Shown piece after piece: positions 1-17,167 of a stretch of 64,000 nt of DNA. Positions within the stretch are counted from its first letter, which is position 1, and each line of letters starts with the position of its first letter. The stretch spans positions 1-64,000 of the forward strand of contig NIVC01000294.1 of NCBI GenBank assembly GCA_002269645.1. The letters are read 5' to 3'. Source of the stretch: Macrostomum lignano (lineage: Eukaryota). The notes below the pieces were generated by a model. The model was not told the DNA's origin and made no database searches. It saw only the letters and a list, made by a program, of their open reading frames with translations. The translations under genes and the position numbers were made by a program.

Positions 1-225
1 ACTCTCCTAGGGATTGAGTCTGTCACTCTCCTAGGGATTGAGTCTTTCACTTCTAGGGATTGAGTCAGTCACTCCTCGAGTCTGTCACTCTTCTTGAGTC
101 GGTCACTATTCTTGAATCTGTCACTCTTAGGGATTAATTAGGGAGTCTGTCACACTCTTTTTAGGCTTGAGTGAGTTCACCCCCCATGCTATGTCAAATC
201 TGTCACTCAATCTTCCTAATAAAAC
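1..225. repeat. Degenerate ~24-26 bp minisatellite (ctagggattgagtctgtcact) in a TBC1D25 intron
   Basis: The motif ggattgagtctgtcactct recurs with variants before the acceptor at 309-310. Confidence 0.7.
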
Positions 226-310
226 TTGTCACCCCCGCTGGCCTCAGGCTAGATAAATCATTTCTACAGCTGTACAATCACACAATTACTCCTCGTTGAC
301 GTTCCCGCAG

Positions 311-1095
311 GTATGAGCGACTTGGCAAGCCCTCTACTAGTGGTGCAGAAAGACGAGGCCTACGCGTACATCTGTTTCTGCGCCCTGATGTGCCGAACCA
401 TGGACAATTTCCGACGCGAGTCAACAGCTATGCTGACCAAATTCCAGCACCTTCACGACCTCATCGTGCACATGGACGCGGAACTGGCGGCGTTCCTTCG
501 CTGCCACGGCTTGGCCGATATGTTCTTCACGCATCGCTGGCTGCTGTTGGAAATGAAGCGCGAATTTCAATTCGATGACACTCTGAGAATGCTGGAGTTC
601 AGTGGGCTGGGCTGCCGCACCTGTTCACCTTTCCCAAGAGTGCCGATGGTGTACCGCTGCAGGAGGATGCCTGCATCGGTGTGGCTTCTCCAGCCTCCGC
701 CAGCACCAGCGCCGCGGCCGCCGTGTCTCCGCCGTCGCCGAAGGACACTCCCTACCTCCGACTGCAGTCCATGCTGAGACAGTCTCGCGAGGAAGCCTCC
801 GCTCGCTTCTAGTGGCGCCTCGGCCACGGCCGCCGTGGTGCTGAAAGACGGCGTCGTTGAGCTGCCACCGCCCGAGGTTCTGGGCTGCGGCAACCCCTTC
901 CTGCTGTTCATGTGCGCCAGCATGCTGCAGGAGCATCGTGACCGGGTGATGCGTTCCTGTCACGATATGTGCGAGATTGTCATGCACTTTAATCGGCTGA
1001 TTCGGAGTCACAATCTTGGCGCAATTCTTAATCGAGCCAGACAGATGTACACCGAGTACATGGAGGCCAGGATGACAAGTTTTCTTTGGCTTTAA
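311..1095 (+). CDS. TBC1D25: TBC1 domain family member 25 (Rab-GAP, OATL1-like), 3' portion; gene starts before the window; two apparent frameshifts
   Basis: Acceptor cccgcag|GT ATG at 310/311. GMSDLASPLLVVQKDEAYAYICFCALM...MFFTHRWLLLEMKREFQFDDTLRMLE is the TBC C-terminal half. One G restored at ~597 gives MLEVQWAGLP (human MLEVTWSSLP). LPPPEVLGCGNPFLLFMCASMLQEHRDRVMR...HFNRLIRSHNLGAILNRAR matches the TBC1D25 C-terminal motif. A second shift or small intron is needed between ~775 and 812. Confidence 0.85.
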
Positions 1096-1295
1096 CTAGC
1101 GGAGCTCAGTTGGCTGGGTCATCTAATTGATGCTTGACACTATTTTCTTTTAAGTCTGTCACTTTGTCTGAGAGAAATGGTCGATTTTTCAAGTTCCAAA
1201 ATAATAATGATTTTCTTTTGTTTGTTCAAAGTTTCAGTTGTGATATGAGTTTTTGTTTGTATGCATTGCTGATAATAACCTAATAAAATAGTCTT

Positions 1296-1735
1296 ATCTA
1301 GCTATCTAGCGTACGCTGTCTAAAAATAGCAACACTGTTTTCATTCTCTAGTTAGCATACGCTGTGTCTAAAATAGCAACAGTGTTTTCATTTTAGTCAG
1401 CGTACCGTGTCTAAAAAGGTTATCAAGATGCTGATAATAATAACAATAGTCTTATCTTTTTATCAGCGTACGCTGTCTAAAAATAACATGTGTCATTATC
1501 TAGCCAGCGTACGCTGTGTGTCTAAAAATAGCAACAGTGTTTTCATTTTTTATCAGTACGTGTCTAAAAATAGCAAGTGTCATTTTGGTCAGCGTACCCG
1601 TGTCTAAAAATAAACAGTGTTTTGATTATTTAATCAGAATACGCTGTCTAAAAATAGCAACAGTGTCATTATCTCACCAGCGTACGAGCGTATGCTGTGT
1701 CTAAAAATAGCAACATCGTACGCTATACGTATAAA
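1296..1735. repeat. Degenerate ~45 bp minisatellite (aaaatagcaacagtgttttcatt...agcgtacgctgtct)
   Basis: About 8-9 imperfect copies of gcgtacgctgtctaaaaatagcaac. Confidence 0.75.
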
Positions 1736-2534
1736 ATAGTGGCAGCGTTATTAACTGACGCTGTTAAGAACTGCTAACTGAGCTTTAAATTGTGATTTAG
1801 CTTGTAAATAGAAATGACTGATTATCAGTTGGAAAAAGGGTCACTGATATAAATATGATAAATTTATTTTTTTGAATTCAATAATAAATCATTTGTTCTT
1901 TTGATTCATGATTTCTTTAGAATGGAGTGAATTTTTTTGTCTTAAATAGGTTTTTAACTTGAGACTTTTTTGATCATCAGGTTATTATATCTGCTTATCT
2001 CGCTCTTTATTGATTATTATTATTTAACCTTTAGTTATTATTATTATTCAATTGGGTGATGGCCAGCATTTACATTGAGTCGCAATATTATAATTATATT
2101 TAACTGACTATTACAATTATATTGTCGACTTCTTGTCATGCCCTTGCTTATCAGATCAAATTAAAATGTTTGGTAATTATTTACGTATTGATAATGATTA
2201 ATTGCATCAATATAGCAGGTTATCAAAGATTTTGAAACACTGCGCAAACTTTCCTAACTGGCTGATTTGCTATTTTGACATAAATAAAAGTGACTTATAA
2301 TCACTTCATTCACATTCTTTCCCGCGTTATTACTTATTGCTACTTATATTAATATTATCCTGCAATGCTACTGTATGCCTTGGTTCCTGTCCATTCCAAT
2401 TGACAGTTTTTTTGTTCAGACAAAATATACCGATATGCCATGCTGCATTCTGCATTAGAAGTCCTGCAAATTCCCGTTTATCGAATAAGTTACTTGCTGA
2501 CTGCTGCTATCTGCTCTGCTTTTTATGGTCCATG

Positions 2535-3405
2535 ATGCTCCAGATCCTCAGTTGCTGGGCCAGCCTCCCAGATCCTCAGTTGCTGGGCCAGCCTCCCAGA
2601 TCCTCAGTTGCTGGGCCAGCCTTCAAGATCCTCAGTTGCTGGGCCAGCCTCCCAGATCCTCAGTTGCTGGGCCAGCCTCCCAGATCCTCAGTTGCTGGGC
2701 CAGCCTCCCAGATCCTCAGTTGCTGGGCCAGCCTTCAAGATCCTCAGTTGCTGGGCCAGCCTCCCAGATCCTCAGTTGCTGGGCCAGCCTCCCAGATCCT
2801 CAGTTGCTGGGTCAGCCTCCCAGAGTGTCAGTTGCTGGCCAGCCTCCCAGAGTGTCAGTTGCTGGGCCAGCCTCCCAGATCCTCAGTTGCTGGACCAGCC
2901 TCCCAGATCCTTCGTTGCTGGACCAGCTTCCCAGATCCTCAGTTGCTGGGCCAGCCTTCAAGATTCTCAGTTGCTGGACCAGCCTCCCAGATCCTCAGTT
3001 GCTGGGCCAGCCTCCCAGATCCCCAGTTGCTGGGCCAGCTTCCCAGATCCTCGGTTGCTGGGCCAGCCTCCCAGATCCTCAGTTGCTGGGCCAGCCTCCC
3101 AGATCCTCAGTTGCTGGGCCAGCCTTCAAGATCCTCAGTTGCTGGGCCAGCCTCCCAGATCCTCAGTTGCTGGGCCAGCCTCCCAGATCCTCAGTTGCTG
3201 GGTCAGCCTCCCAGAGTGTCAGTTGCTGGGCCAGCCTCCCAGATCCTCAGTTGCTGGGCCAGCCTCCCAGATCCTTCGTTGCTGGACCAGCTTTCCAGAT
3301 CCTCAGTTGCTGGGCCAGCCTTCAAGATTCTCAGTTGCTGGACCAGCCTCCCAGATCCTCATTTGCTGGGCCAGCCTCCCAGATCCTCAGTTGCTGGGCC
3401 AGCCT
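2535..3405 (+). repeat. 28-bp minisatellite (cagatcctcagttgctgggccagcctcc), about 30 copies
   Basis: Direct tandem copies. All three + frames are open, which produces spurious ORFs. Confidence 0.95.
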
Positions 3406-3738
3406 TATGTGATTCTGCCTTTTTACCAGATATTTTAAATTTTATGTTTCCATATACTAAAAATTGGAATCTAAAATAGCCACTTTTTGCCATAGAAGTT
3501 GTCAGAAGTCAACTTTTGTGCAAACTAAAATAACAATAAATTTAGCACTGACAAAAAATAAATTTCTGTTGCAAAAGCTCAGTTAGTGAGACACTAAAGA
3601 CATACAAAGTATATTAAACAACCTGTAAGCCATTCAACAGACTCCGTCATCCAATTCTGGCTAGTACATTATTTCAACATCGAACAAATTAATTTGTGTC
3701 TGTAAATAACCGAACGCAGACGAGAGATTTTCAGAAGC

Positions 3739-6700
3739 ATGTCAAAGTTTAACGTTGACAAGATAACAGTTAGTCAGACCCAGTGCTTTTTTGATAACAA
3801 AACTGGTACGAAAGTGTATGAGAAGCCGAGTCTGATGCAGTATGAAAGTCAGCACTTTAAGTGCAAAGCGATTATTGAGTTGGAGGAGTGCGTTGCCGAC
3901 CGGAACTGGACAATCGGACTCATTCAGGTGAGATTCGAATTTTGTGATAATAAGTTACAGGTAATTGCGTGTCTGATTATTACCGTGTCTAACAGGTTTG
4001 ATGGTGATGATTCCCGTGTCTAACAGGTGTAATGATTCCCGTGTCTAACAGGTGTAATGATTCCCGTGTCTAACAGGTTTGATGGTGATGATTCCCGTGT
4101 CTAACAGGTTTGATGGTGATGATTCCCGTGTCTAACAGGTTTGATGGTGATGATTCCCGTGTCTAACAGGTTTGATGGTGATGATTCCCGTGTCTAACAG
4201 TTTGATGGTGATGATTCCCGTGTCTAACAGGTTTGATGGTGATGATTCCCGTGTCCAACAGGTTTGATGGTGATGATTCCCGTGTCTAACAGGTTTGATG
4301 GTAATGATTCCCGTGTCTAACAGTTTGATGGTGATGATTCCCGTGTCTAACAGGTTTGATGGTGATGATTCCCGTGTCTAACAGGTTTGATGGTGATGAT
4401 TCCCGTGTCTAACAGGTTTGATGGTGATGATTCCCGTGTCTAACAGGTTTGATGGTGATGATTCCCGTGTCTTACAGGTTTGATGGTGATGATTCTCGTG
4501 TCTGACAGGTTTGATGGTGATGATTCCCGTGTCTAACAGTTTGATGGTGATGATTCCCGTGTCTAACAGGTTTGATGGTGATGATTCCCGTGTCTAACAG
4601 GTTTGATGGTGATGATTCCCGTGTCTAACAGTTTGATGGTGATGATTCCCGTGTCTAACAGGTTTGATGGTGATTCCCGTGTCTAACAAGTTTGATGGTG
4701 ATTCCCGTGTCTAACAGGTTTGATGGTGATTCCCGTGTCTAACAGGTTTGATGGTGATTCCCGTGTCTAACAGGTTTGATGATTCGCGTCTGAAGGCTGC
4801 CTACGGCTGTTCAGTCCAAGGACTGGGGGGTCGCCAAACACTCTCAATTACCCCAGCTAATGCTGGCACCCATTTTACAGCTGGGTGAACTGAAGCAATG
4901 CAGAGTTAAGTGTCCTGCCTAAAGACACAGATTGTTGTTCCTAGTGGGTTAAGAATCGAACCCCTGACCTTTCAGTCGTGAGTCTGATGCCCTAACCACT
5001 AGGCTAGAACCCCGTGTCTAACCCCTGTGTTATGTTACATTATTACTCAAGTAATGTGGGAGAAGTAGACTGAAGATTTTTCCTTCTATATTTATCCAGT
5101 TTTGTACTTTTACACTCCATCAGTGACAGAAGCTTCAGTGTGTCTAGCCGATTGATAAATTCTAACACTTGCAACCCGCCCGCAGGCCTGCGACAGCATG
5201 TACCTGGAGAACCGCTACGGCCGGCACGGCAGCTCATTCTGGGAGTTTCATCCCATCAAGTCCGGCCGGCACCGGATGGTGAACGACAGCGACGGCCGGC
5301 AGTATCCTTTCTACAGCGTCACCTCCAGCAAGTGCGAGGTCACCCGGGGAGCCGTACACAACTGCGTAGTGAAGCTGCAGTACGCCGATCACTTCTATCC
5401 CACCGTGGTCTGGGAGCTGCCCTACTGCGGCGGGGCCAAGCTTACTGAGGTTATTCGCAGACAGGACTTCTGGATCTGGCTGGTGAGATCCTGGATGCCG
5501 GCGCATTACATCTCTCACCTCATATCTCACCCCATATCTCACCCTATATCTCACCCCATCTCTCACCCACTCTCTCACGCCATCTCTCACCCCATCTCTC
5601 ACCCACTCTCTCACGCCATCTCTCACCCCATCTCTCACCCACTCTCTCAGGCCATCTTTCACCCCATCTCTCACCCACTCTCTCACGCCATCTCTCACCC
5701 CATCTCTCACCCACTCTCTCAGGCCATCTTTCACCCCATCTCTCACCTGATGTCTCAACGCTTATCTCTCACCCATCTCTCACTCCATCTCTCATTTCAT
5801 ATCTCACCTTATCTCTCACCCATCTCTCACTCCATCTCTCATTTCATATCTCACCTTATCTCTCACCCATCTCTCACTCCATCTCTCATTTCATATCTCA
5901 CGCCATCTCTCACCCCCTCTCATCCCATTTCGGACTCCATCTTTCACCTCATCTCTCACCCCATATCTCATCCAGTCTCTCATTCCATCTCTCATCCCAT
6001 CTCTCATCCCAACTCTCATCCCATCTCTCATCCCAACTCTCATCCCATCTCTCATCCCAACTTTCATCCCATCTCTCATCCCAACTCTCATCCCAACTCT
6101 CATCCCATCTCTCATCCCAACTCTCATCCCATCTCTCATCCCAACTCTCATCCCATCTCTCATCCCAACTCTCATCCCATCTCTCATCCCAACTCTCATC
6201 CCATCTCTCATTCCATCTCTCATCCCAACTCTCATCCCATCTCTCATTCCATCTCTCATCCCAACTCTCATCCCATCTCTCATTCCATCTCTCATCCCAA
6301 CTCTCATCACATCTCTCATTTCATATCTCATCTTGTCTCCCACCCCATTTCTCACTCCATCTCCCACCCCATCTCCCATTCAAAAATCTTATCGGATATC
6401 TCATTAATAGCTCCCGATCAAACATCCCATAGCACATCCCACCCCACAGGTGGCCGTGAGGCGCGCCGGCCACTACAACCGAGGCAACGACGTGTTCCAC
6501 GTTGGCAAAGACGAGTTGTACATCCTGCGCAGCATGCGCTGGCACTACTGCCTGCACATGCGGTTCGACCCAGATGAACGCGTCGGCAACCGCCTGCGCT
6601 CGGTGGCTGACCGTCAAGTCGAAGAGCCGAGCATCCTGTTGCACTCTGACGAGCCGGTGCCCCTGTCGGCTGTGCACCCGCCTCACTGCAACGCTGCCCA

Positions 6701-7007
6701 GTCGCTAATCTGGTATCCCAGAGTGCGCACCGGACACCACAAACCCGAACTGCTGGTGCCGCCTCGGCAGGCCATCGTGCCCTGGGACCGCTGGTCCGCA
6801 GAGATGCTGCCCGGACTGTCGCCTCGGCCGCAGCGGCCCGAGAGCTGCGCGTCTGTCCGCTGTGGTCCAAGGACTCCGACATCGGCGTGGCGCCCGCAAA
6901 GGTTCAGCAGCCGCTGCCATCATCGGAGACATCGCCAGCCGCTCTGGCGGAGAACCCCCTGGCCGAACGTCTGCTTCGAGCTCACAAGAAGCGATGGCAA
7001 TTCTTGA
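3739..7007 (+). CDS. FAM78: FAM78A/B-family protein; exons 3739-3927, 5186-5482, 6450-7007 (about 347 aa)
   Basis: In-phase GT-AG joins: CAG|gtgaga, cgcag|GCC, CTG|gtgaga, cacag|GTG. Motifs HFKCKA..WTIGLIQ|ACDSMYLENRYG..SSFWE, VNDSDGRQYPFY, DHFYPTVVW, CNAAQSLIWYP correspond to human FAM78 WVVGWIQAC..ISDSDGVNYPWY..DNFYPSVTW..NANDAQVLMWRP. Confidence 0.85.
3985..4780 (+). repeat. 31-bp minisatellite (gtttgatggtgatgattcccgtgtctaacag) in FAM78 intron 1
   Basis: Period 31 (e.g. 4081 to 4112), about 25 copies with 28-30 bp variants. Confidence 0.95.
4787..5010 (-). mobile_element. tRNA-derived SINE, family A (copy lacking the 3' tail), inserted in the last minisatellite unit
   Basis: The minus strand begins gggttctagcctagtggttagg (box A) ...ggttcgattc (box B). 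The body is shared with copies at 24.1, 44.8 and 46.5 kb. The satellite motif cccgtgtctaac resumes at ~5011. Confidence 0.85.
5510..6380 (+). repeat. 12-bp repeat (atctctcacccc / aactctcatccc) filling FAM78 intron 2
   Basis: Reads (ISHP/NSHP)n in frame with exon 2. Confidence 0.9.
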
Positions 7008-7544
7008 AAGGCGACGGTTTCGCTGGCAACAGTCGGGCAAAGAGTAAATTGTTGCTCAACTCCACAGATTCTTCCGGGTTGGCCATGTCCATCAAGCAGG
7101 CGGCTGCTGCTGCGGCGGCTGCTGCCGCTGCTTCCGTTGTCTGAAGATGCTTCTGGGCCCAGGATGGACAGACGATTTTTGGTGCATCATTTTTTTTCTC
7201 AAGCTGAAGCAAAAAATAAGTTTCAATTGTTTGCTTCGTTCAATTTTATTTGCTGCATTTTTTCTTGAATAAGTAATGGAAAACTGCTTTAAATGCTTGT
7301 TTTGCTGCGTCAGCTTTCACCGAAAGATATATATGTAATCATATTTTCCCGTTTAAATATTGACCATCAGCAAGTCAAACAGATTTGACCCTCTACTTGG
7401 GTTTGGGCCAAAATGTTCCGGTCTGATCTACAACTGATGGACTGGCGTGTTGCTTTCTCTGCGATTTTGTCTCCTCTTGTTTCTCTCCTTCCAGAGCAGT
7501 TCTTCAACTTTCATCCGCCTGCTCCTGCCCTCTGCCCGCTCTCC

Positions 7545-8165
7545 GCTCCCTGGTCTCTCCCTCTTCCTCCTTCTCTCCTCTCCCCATCTCCTCTTAATCT
7601 CTCTCTCCTTCCTTGCTCCCCCTCTCCCTCTCCCCTCCTACTCTCCCTCTTCCCTCTCCCCCTCCTTCTCTCCCTTTCCCCTCTCCCCTCCTTCTCTCCC
7701 TCTCCCTTCTCCCCTCCTTCTCTCCCTCTCCCTTCTCCCCTCCTTCTCTCCCTCTCCCTTCTCCCCTCCTTCTCTTCCTCTCCTTTCCTTCTCTCCCTCT
7801 CCCCTCCTTCTCTCCCTCTCCCCTCTCCCCCTCCTTCTCTCCCTCTCCCTTCTCCCCTCCTTCTCTCCCTCTCCCTTCTCCCCTCCTTCTCTCCCTCTCC
7901 CTTCTCCCCTCCTTCTCTTCCTCTCCTTTCCTTCTCTCCCTCTCCCCTCCTTCTCTCCCTCTCCCCTCTCCCCCTCCTTCTCTCCCTCTCCCTTCTCCCC
8001 TCCTTCTCTCCCTCTCCCTTCTCCCCTCCTTCTCTTCCTCTCCTTTCCTTCTCTCCCTCTCCCCTCCTTCTCTCCCTCTCCCCTCTCCCCCTCCTTTTCT
8101 CCCTCTCCTTCCCCCCTATCCCCTTTTTCCCTCTCTACCTCCCCCTCTCTCTCTCTCTCTCTACC
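7545..8165 (+). repeat. Polypyrimidine simple repeat (ctccct/cttctc)
   Basis: About 620 bp almost purely C/T. Confidence 0.95.
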
Positions 8166-8954
8166 TACCTACCTATCTCCATCTTTTTCATTCACGAGTA
8201 TACAACCTTTTTGCACTCATTCACCCCGCATCAGATCCAAGACGCCGATCAACTACAACGAGACGGCGCCTCCTGTATTTAAAGACATTTAATTTTTAAT
8301 AATAATAAAGTCTGTAAAATGGCTGTAATAATGAATCACTTGCAGAGAGAGTTACACTGGGCAACTCGCAAGTGAAGCTTCCTTCTGTTCATTGTGAATT
8401 ACAGAAGCAGCAAGCAGCAACCCCACTCCCACTCGCTAAACAATGACTCGGCATAATGGCAGGAACCAGTTTCGGGTGCGCGAAACCCGGCGCGAAACCC
8501 GGCACACAAGACAGTCGGGGGATTAAGCGGCCGGGGGGTTGTACGACAGACACAGACTGGGAAGTATAGGGCATGGCAATATAAATTTGAACAAACACGC
8601 ACACAAAGCTTTTATAACTTTCTAACTCCAGATGCTAGCTATAATTAAAAGTCCCTGAGCTATACGAATCCATTTATAACCCAACCCCCCTCCACCTTTG
8701 CTGGTTTTGTGCCTGCACGCAGTTCCCTCTGACCGATTGGGTCGGGATCCGTTTTACTGTACTCAGAAGTGAGTATGCATGTATAACCGCGTATGAAACG
8801 CTCGATACTTTTTCAATTTTTTTTTCGCAATGAGGCCAATTAACTGAAAGTCGCATTTTAACAATTTGGTAAGTCTTGAATTCTTATAACAATTATAATT
8901 GTCTTTTCAAAAATTTAAACATAGTGCAGAAAAATACATTTCGGTAAGAGCGGA

Positions 8955-9635
8955 ACATGAATCTGATGGCGCCAAAATGAATCTGACGGCGCCAAAATGA
9001 ATCTGATGGCGCCAAAACGAATCAGATGGCGCCAAAATGAATTAGAATGGCGCCAAAATGAATCTGACGGCGCCAAAATGAATCTGATGGCGCCAAAACG
9101 AATCAGATGGCGCCAAAATGAATTGAATGGCGCCAAAACGAATCAGATGGCGCCAAAATGAATCTGATGGCGCCAAAATGAATCTGAGGGCGCCAAAATG
9201 AATCTGATGGCGCCAAAACGAATCAGATGGCGCCAAAATGAATTGAATGGCGCCAAAATGAATCAGATGGCGCCAAAATGAATCAGATGGCGCCAAACTG
9301 AATCTGATGGCGCCAAACTGAATCTGATGGCGCCAAAATGACTCTGATGGCGCCAAAACGAATCTGATGGCGCCAAAATGAATTAGATAGCGCCAAAATG
9401 AATCAGATGGCGCCAAAAAAATCAGATGGCGCCAGAACTAATTAGAGACGCGCCAAAATGAATCTGATGCGCCAAAATGAATCAGATAGCGTCAAACTGA
9501 ATCTGATGGCGTCAAAAAATCAGATGGCGCCAGAACTAATAGAAAGGCGTCAAAATGAAATCTGATGGCGCCAAAATGAATCAGATGGCGCCAAAACGAA
9601 TTAGAATGGCGTCAAAATGAGTTTAAGGCGCCAAA
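8955..9635 (+). repeat. 20-bp minisatellite (atggcgccaaaatgaatctg)
   Basis: About 33 tandem copies, each with a GGCGCC palindrome. Confidence 0.95.
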
Positions 9636-10121
9636 AACATGTCTTAGGTAGTGGTGATTAAGAAAGCATTGACTCACCAGCATGCATAATCTACTCTCTA
9701 CAGATTTAAACTCACACCGTATCCCCTGTCTGCGCTGTAGAAATACGAATAAAGAAGTTAACACGCTAAGTAAACACAGCAAGCCATGCACAGATTTGCG
9801 TTTTCGTCCTTTCGATCAAAAAAATCTGTTCTAAAAATCTGCTTCAGTTCCAGTGTTTCACAGTTCCTGCAGCTGCGACCGCTTATTCTAGATTAGCTGA
9901 GTTCGGGTGAGTCAACACTTACAGCTGAGTGGCTTTTGGACTGCAATAAGCTCTCTGCAGTACAGTTCTAGGCACCGGATGTTGGGCAGTCCCAGCAGTG
10001 CTTACGAGTTAACTGCCAAAATTGCCGACTAGAATGCAGAATTTTATTTTATGTGAAACCGCTTGATAGGGAATGAAAAAAATATTGTCGGGTTTTGTGG
10101 TTAAAATTTTGGATACGGACC

Positions 10122-10455
<334 letters not shown>

Positions 10456-10474
10456 CATCCGTAAACACCATTTT

Positions 10475-10816
10475 TTATTAGAGGCAGGGGGTTGTGTGCA
10501 CCCTGGCGCACTTTAAGCGACACGCACACAACCGGCGAGAGGCATTACTGCCCATTCCTCTGAGCAGGCATACAAGCGCGCGGATACGTACGCAGGCACA
10601 CACTCCCACACAGGAGTGTACAGTGGCCCTATTTATAATATCGTTAGGCATGTACACTTCACTGCGCCTTGGGGGTTGACTCTCAAGGCCGTTAATTGCA
10701 TGAGCAGAGCCAAGCCGAGATTCCAATTCAGCCCCAAATTAATGTGACTGCACTTGGAATCGAGCCTGGGTCGCTGGCACACCAGAGCCTTCGCTACCGC
10801 TGGGCTACGGCCCCCC
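10475..10816 (-). mobile_element. tRNA-derived SINE, family B
   Basis: Minus strand begins gggggccgtagcccagcggtagcg (box A) ...ggctcgattcc (box B). The body (acaagcgcgcggatacgtacgcag, atcgttaggcatgtacacttcactg) is shared with 22885-23203. Confidence 0.8.
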
Positions 10817-10889
10817 AGTAAACACCATAACACCATAACATAACATCAGTAAAACCATAAAATTGCAGAGGTTATAATCCACCGTCTCT

Positions 10890-14938
<4,049 letters not shown>

Positions 14939-14989
14939 CTCTGGACTCTAACCTTTTGTTTATTTACGAGTAGATTAAGTGATTGATAT

Positions 14990-15435
14990 GCGATTTCAAC
15001 AGACGATGACTCATTCTGTTTGACAGGCAATGACTCATTCTGTCTGACAGGTGATGACTCATTCTGTGTGACAGGTGATGACTCATTCTGTCTGACAGGT
15101 ATTGACTCATTCTGTCTGACAGGTGATGACTCATTCTGTCTGACAGGTGATGACTCATTCTGTCTGACAGGTGATGACTAATTCTGTCTGACAGGTGATG
15201 ACTCATTCTGTCTGACAGGTGATGACTCATTCTGTCTGACAGGTGATGACTCATTCTGTCTGACAGGTGATGACTCATTCTGTCTGACAGGTGATGACTC
15301 ATTCTGTCTGACAGGTGATGACTCATTCTGTCTGACAGGTGATGACTCATTCTGTCTGACAGGTGATGACTCATTCTGTCTGACAGGTGATGACTCATTC
15401 TGTCTGACAGGTATTGACTCATTCTGTCTGACAGC
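14990..15435 (+). repeat. 24-bp minisatellite (gactcattctgtctgacaggtgat)
   Basis: About 18 copies just downstream of the MFSD2 stop. Confidence 0.95.
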
Positions 15436-15884
15436 AAGCAAACTACAATAGTGAATTGTTACGTGTAAACCACGGTATAGGAAATGTTAATTTACTCTTC
15501 CAAATTTTAGCATGTTTTCACATTGCTGTTAAGTTCATATTATTGAAATTGCACATAAACTGGTGTTATTTAACTATTTTTAGTACAGCTGTCAACAAAT
15601 ATATTACAGGAGGGCCAAATTTATAAATTTCGTAACGAGTATGCAAAGCTTCTGAGATATGCGGTAAATTATACGGCATTACACTGCACTTGTTACTGCA
15701 AGTAGGCTCTGCGTAGATACTGAATATCAATGCAAATATTGATGGGTAATAGGCATTTTTCACGGAAAAAAGAGCTGAAATTAACGAAATATAGATATTT
15801 TCCTGTTTTTGGCTGTTTAGCGCTGCTGACACCCTGTGTTTGGGACATCTGACATAATGTTGCTTTAATATATGCATCTCACAC

Positions 15885-16412
15885 GCTGGGTTTGGTGTTC
15901 CTGTCACTCTGGGTTTGGTGTTCCTGTCACTCTGGGTTTGGTGTTCCTGTCACTCTGGGTTTGGTGTTCCTGTCACTCTGGGTTTGGTGTTCCTGTCACC
16001 CTGGGTTTGGTGTTCCTGTCACCCTGTGTTTGGTGTTCCTGTCCACCCTGGGTTTGGTGTTCCTGTCACTCTGGGTTTGGTGTTCCTGTCACTCTGGGTT
16101 TGGTGTTCCTGTCACCCTGGGTTTGGTGTTCCTGTCACCCTGGGTTTGGTGTTCCTGTCACCCTGGGTTTGGTGTTCCTGTCACCCTGGGTTTGGTGTTC
16201 CTGTCACTCTGGGTTTGGTGTTCCTGTCACCCTGGGTTTGGTGTTCCTGTCACCCTGGGTTTGGTGTTCCTGTCACCCTGGGTTTGGTGTTCCTGTCACC
16301 CTGGGTTTGGTGTTCCTGTCACCCTGGGTTTGGTGTTCCTGTCACCCTGGGTTTGGTGTTCCTGTCACCCTGGGTTTGGTGTTCCTGTCACCCTGGGTTT
16401 GGTGTTCCTGTC
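15885..16412 (+). repeat. 23-bp minisatellite (ctgggtttggtgttcctgtcacc)
   Basis: About 23 copies. Confidence 0.95.
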
Positions 16413-17110
16413 AAGTGCTCCGCGCACTTCGCGCAAGTCTTTCTTCAGGCTGGGCATCGGCCGCTTGGGTGCTTTTGGCTAACAGAACTTGCGCTGCTTT
16501 TCGGCACTTCGGTTCTTGTCTACGCTGGCGATGCTGCTGGGACTGACTGCTCAGCTGGGTTGCTAAAGCTGGTTGACGACTGCTTGGCCTGATCGGAGCT
16601 GCTGTACTGCTGAATGAGCTCCAGCTGTTGAACATATTCGACACAGGTATCCAGCTTCACAGCTGCGGCAGCGCTCTGGATGAACTCGAGAATCTTGGCT
16701 CGATGCTGCACGTTCTGCAGTCCGCTGATCAGCATCGTCTGAATTCGCAGTAACTGGAGGCATCCCTGAGGCGCTGTGGAAATTGCTGGATCGATTCGCC
16801 GGTCTCTTGCCGAAGTGACAGGAATTTGGACCTCTCCGCAATCACCAGCCTTTTCTTAGGTGCCACTTTCTCCATGATCAGTTTGCGAATGTCTGCGAAC
16901 TCCATATTCTCCTGTTCCTTGGGCTGCGCCATCACAGTCACTCTGCGGACTGCCTCGACTCCCGCCTTGGATAGGAAGAGGTCAGTGGTCTGGGGATCTT
17001 CATTGGAGTCCGTCAGCTTCTTGCTTCGACTGACTGCGTCGAGCCACGTCTCATGGCTGGATCGTTTAGTGGCAGGTGCTTGCGACGCAATTGTCGTGCC
17101 GTGTATTTGG
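16413..17110 (-). mobile_element. Degenerate Ty3/Gypsy-type LTR retrotransposon gag fragment
   Basis: Minus strand PKKRLVIAERSKFLSLRQETGESIQQFPQRLRDASSYCEF is a typical Gypsy gag motif. After a frameshift come LISGLQNVQHRAKILE and a zinc-knuckle-like RCPA*RKTCAKCAEH with an in-frame TGA. No pol or LTR seen. Confidence 0.75.
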
Positions 17111-17167
17111 CAAAATTCATAGATCTATTTCACTTTGCAAACAGCCTATTTAATGATAACATGAGCT

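Noticed and set aside
2337-3479. Three long overlapping ORFs (PQLLGQPPRSSVAG repeats)
   Set aside because: Translations of a stop-free 28-bp minisatellite in all three frames, with no splice context or homology.
7413-8299. Pro/Ser/Leu-rich ORFs over the pyrimidine tract
   Set aside because: Low-complexity C/T DNA cannot form stop codons, and there is no recognisable domain.
8440-8560. GC-rich segment with a repeated gcgcgaaacccgg motif
   Set aside because: Only two copies with no terminal repeats or coding motifs, so I cannot assign it.
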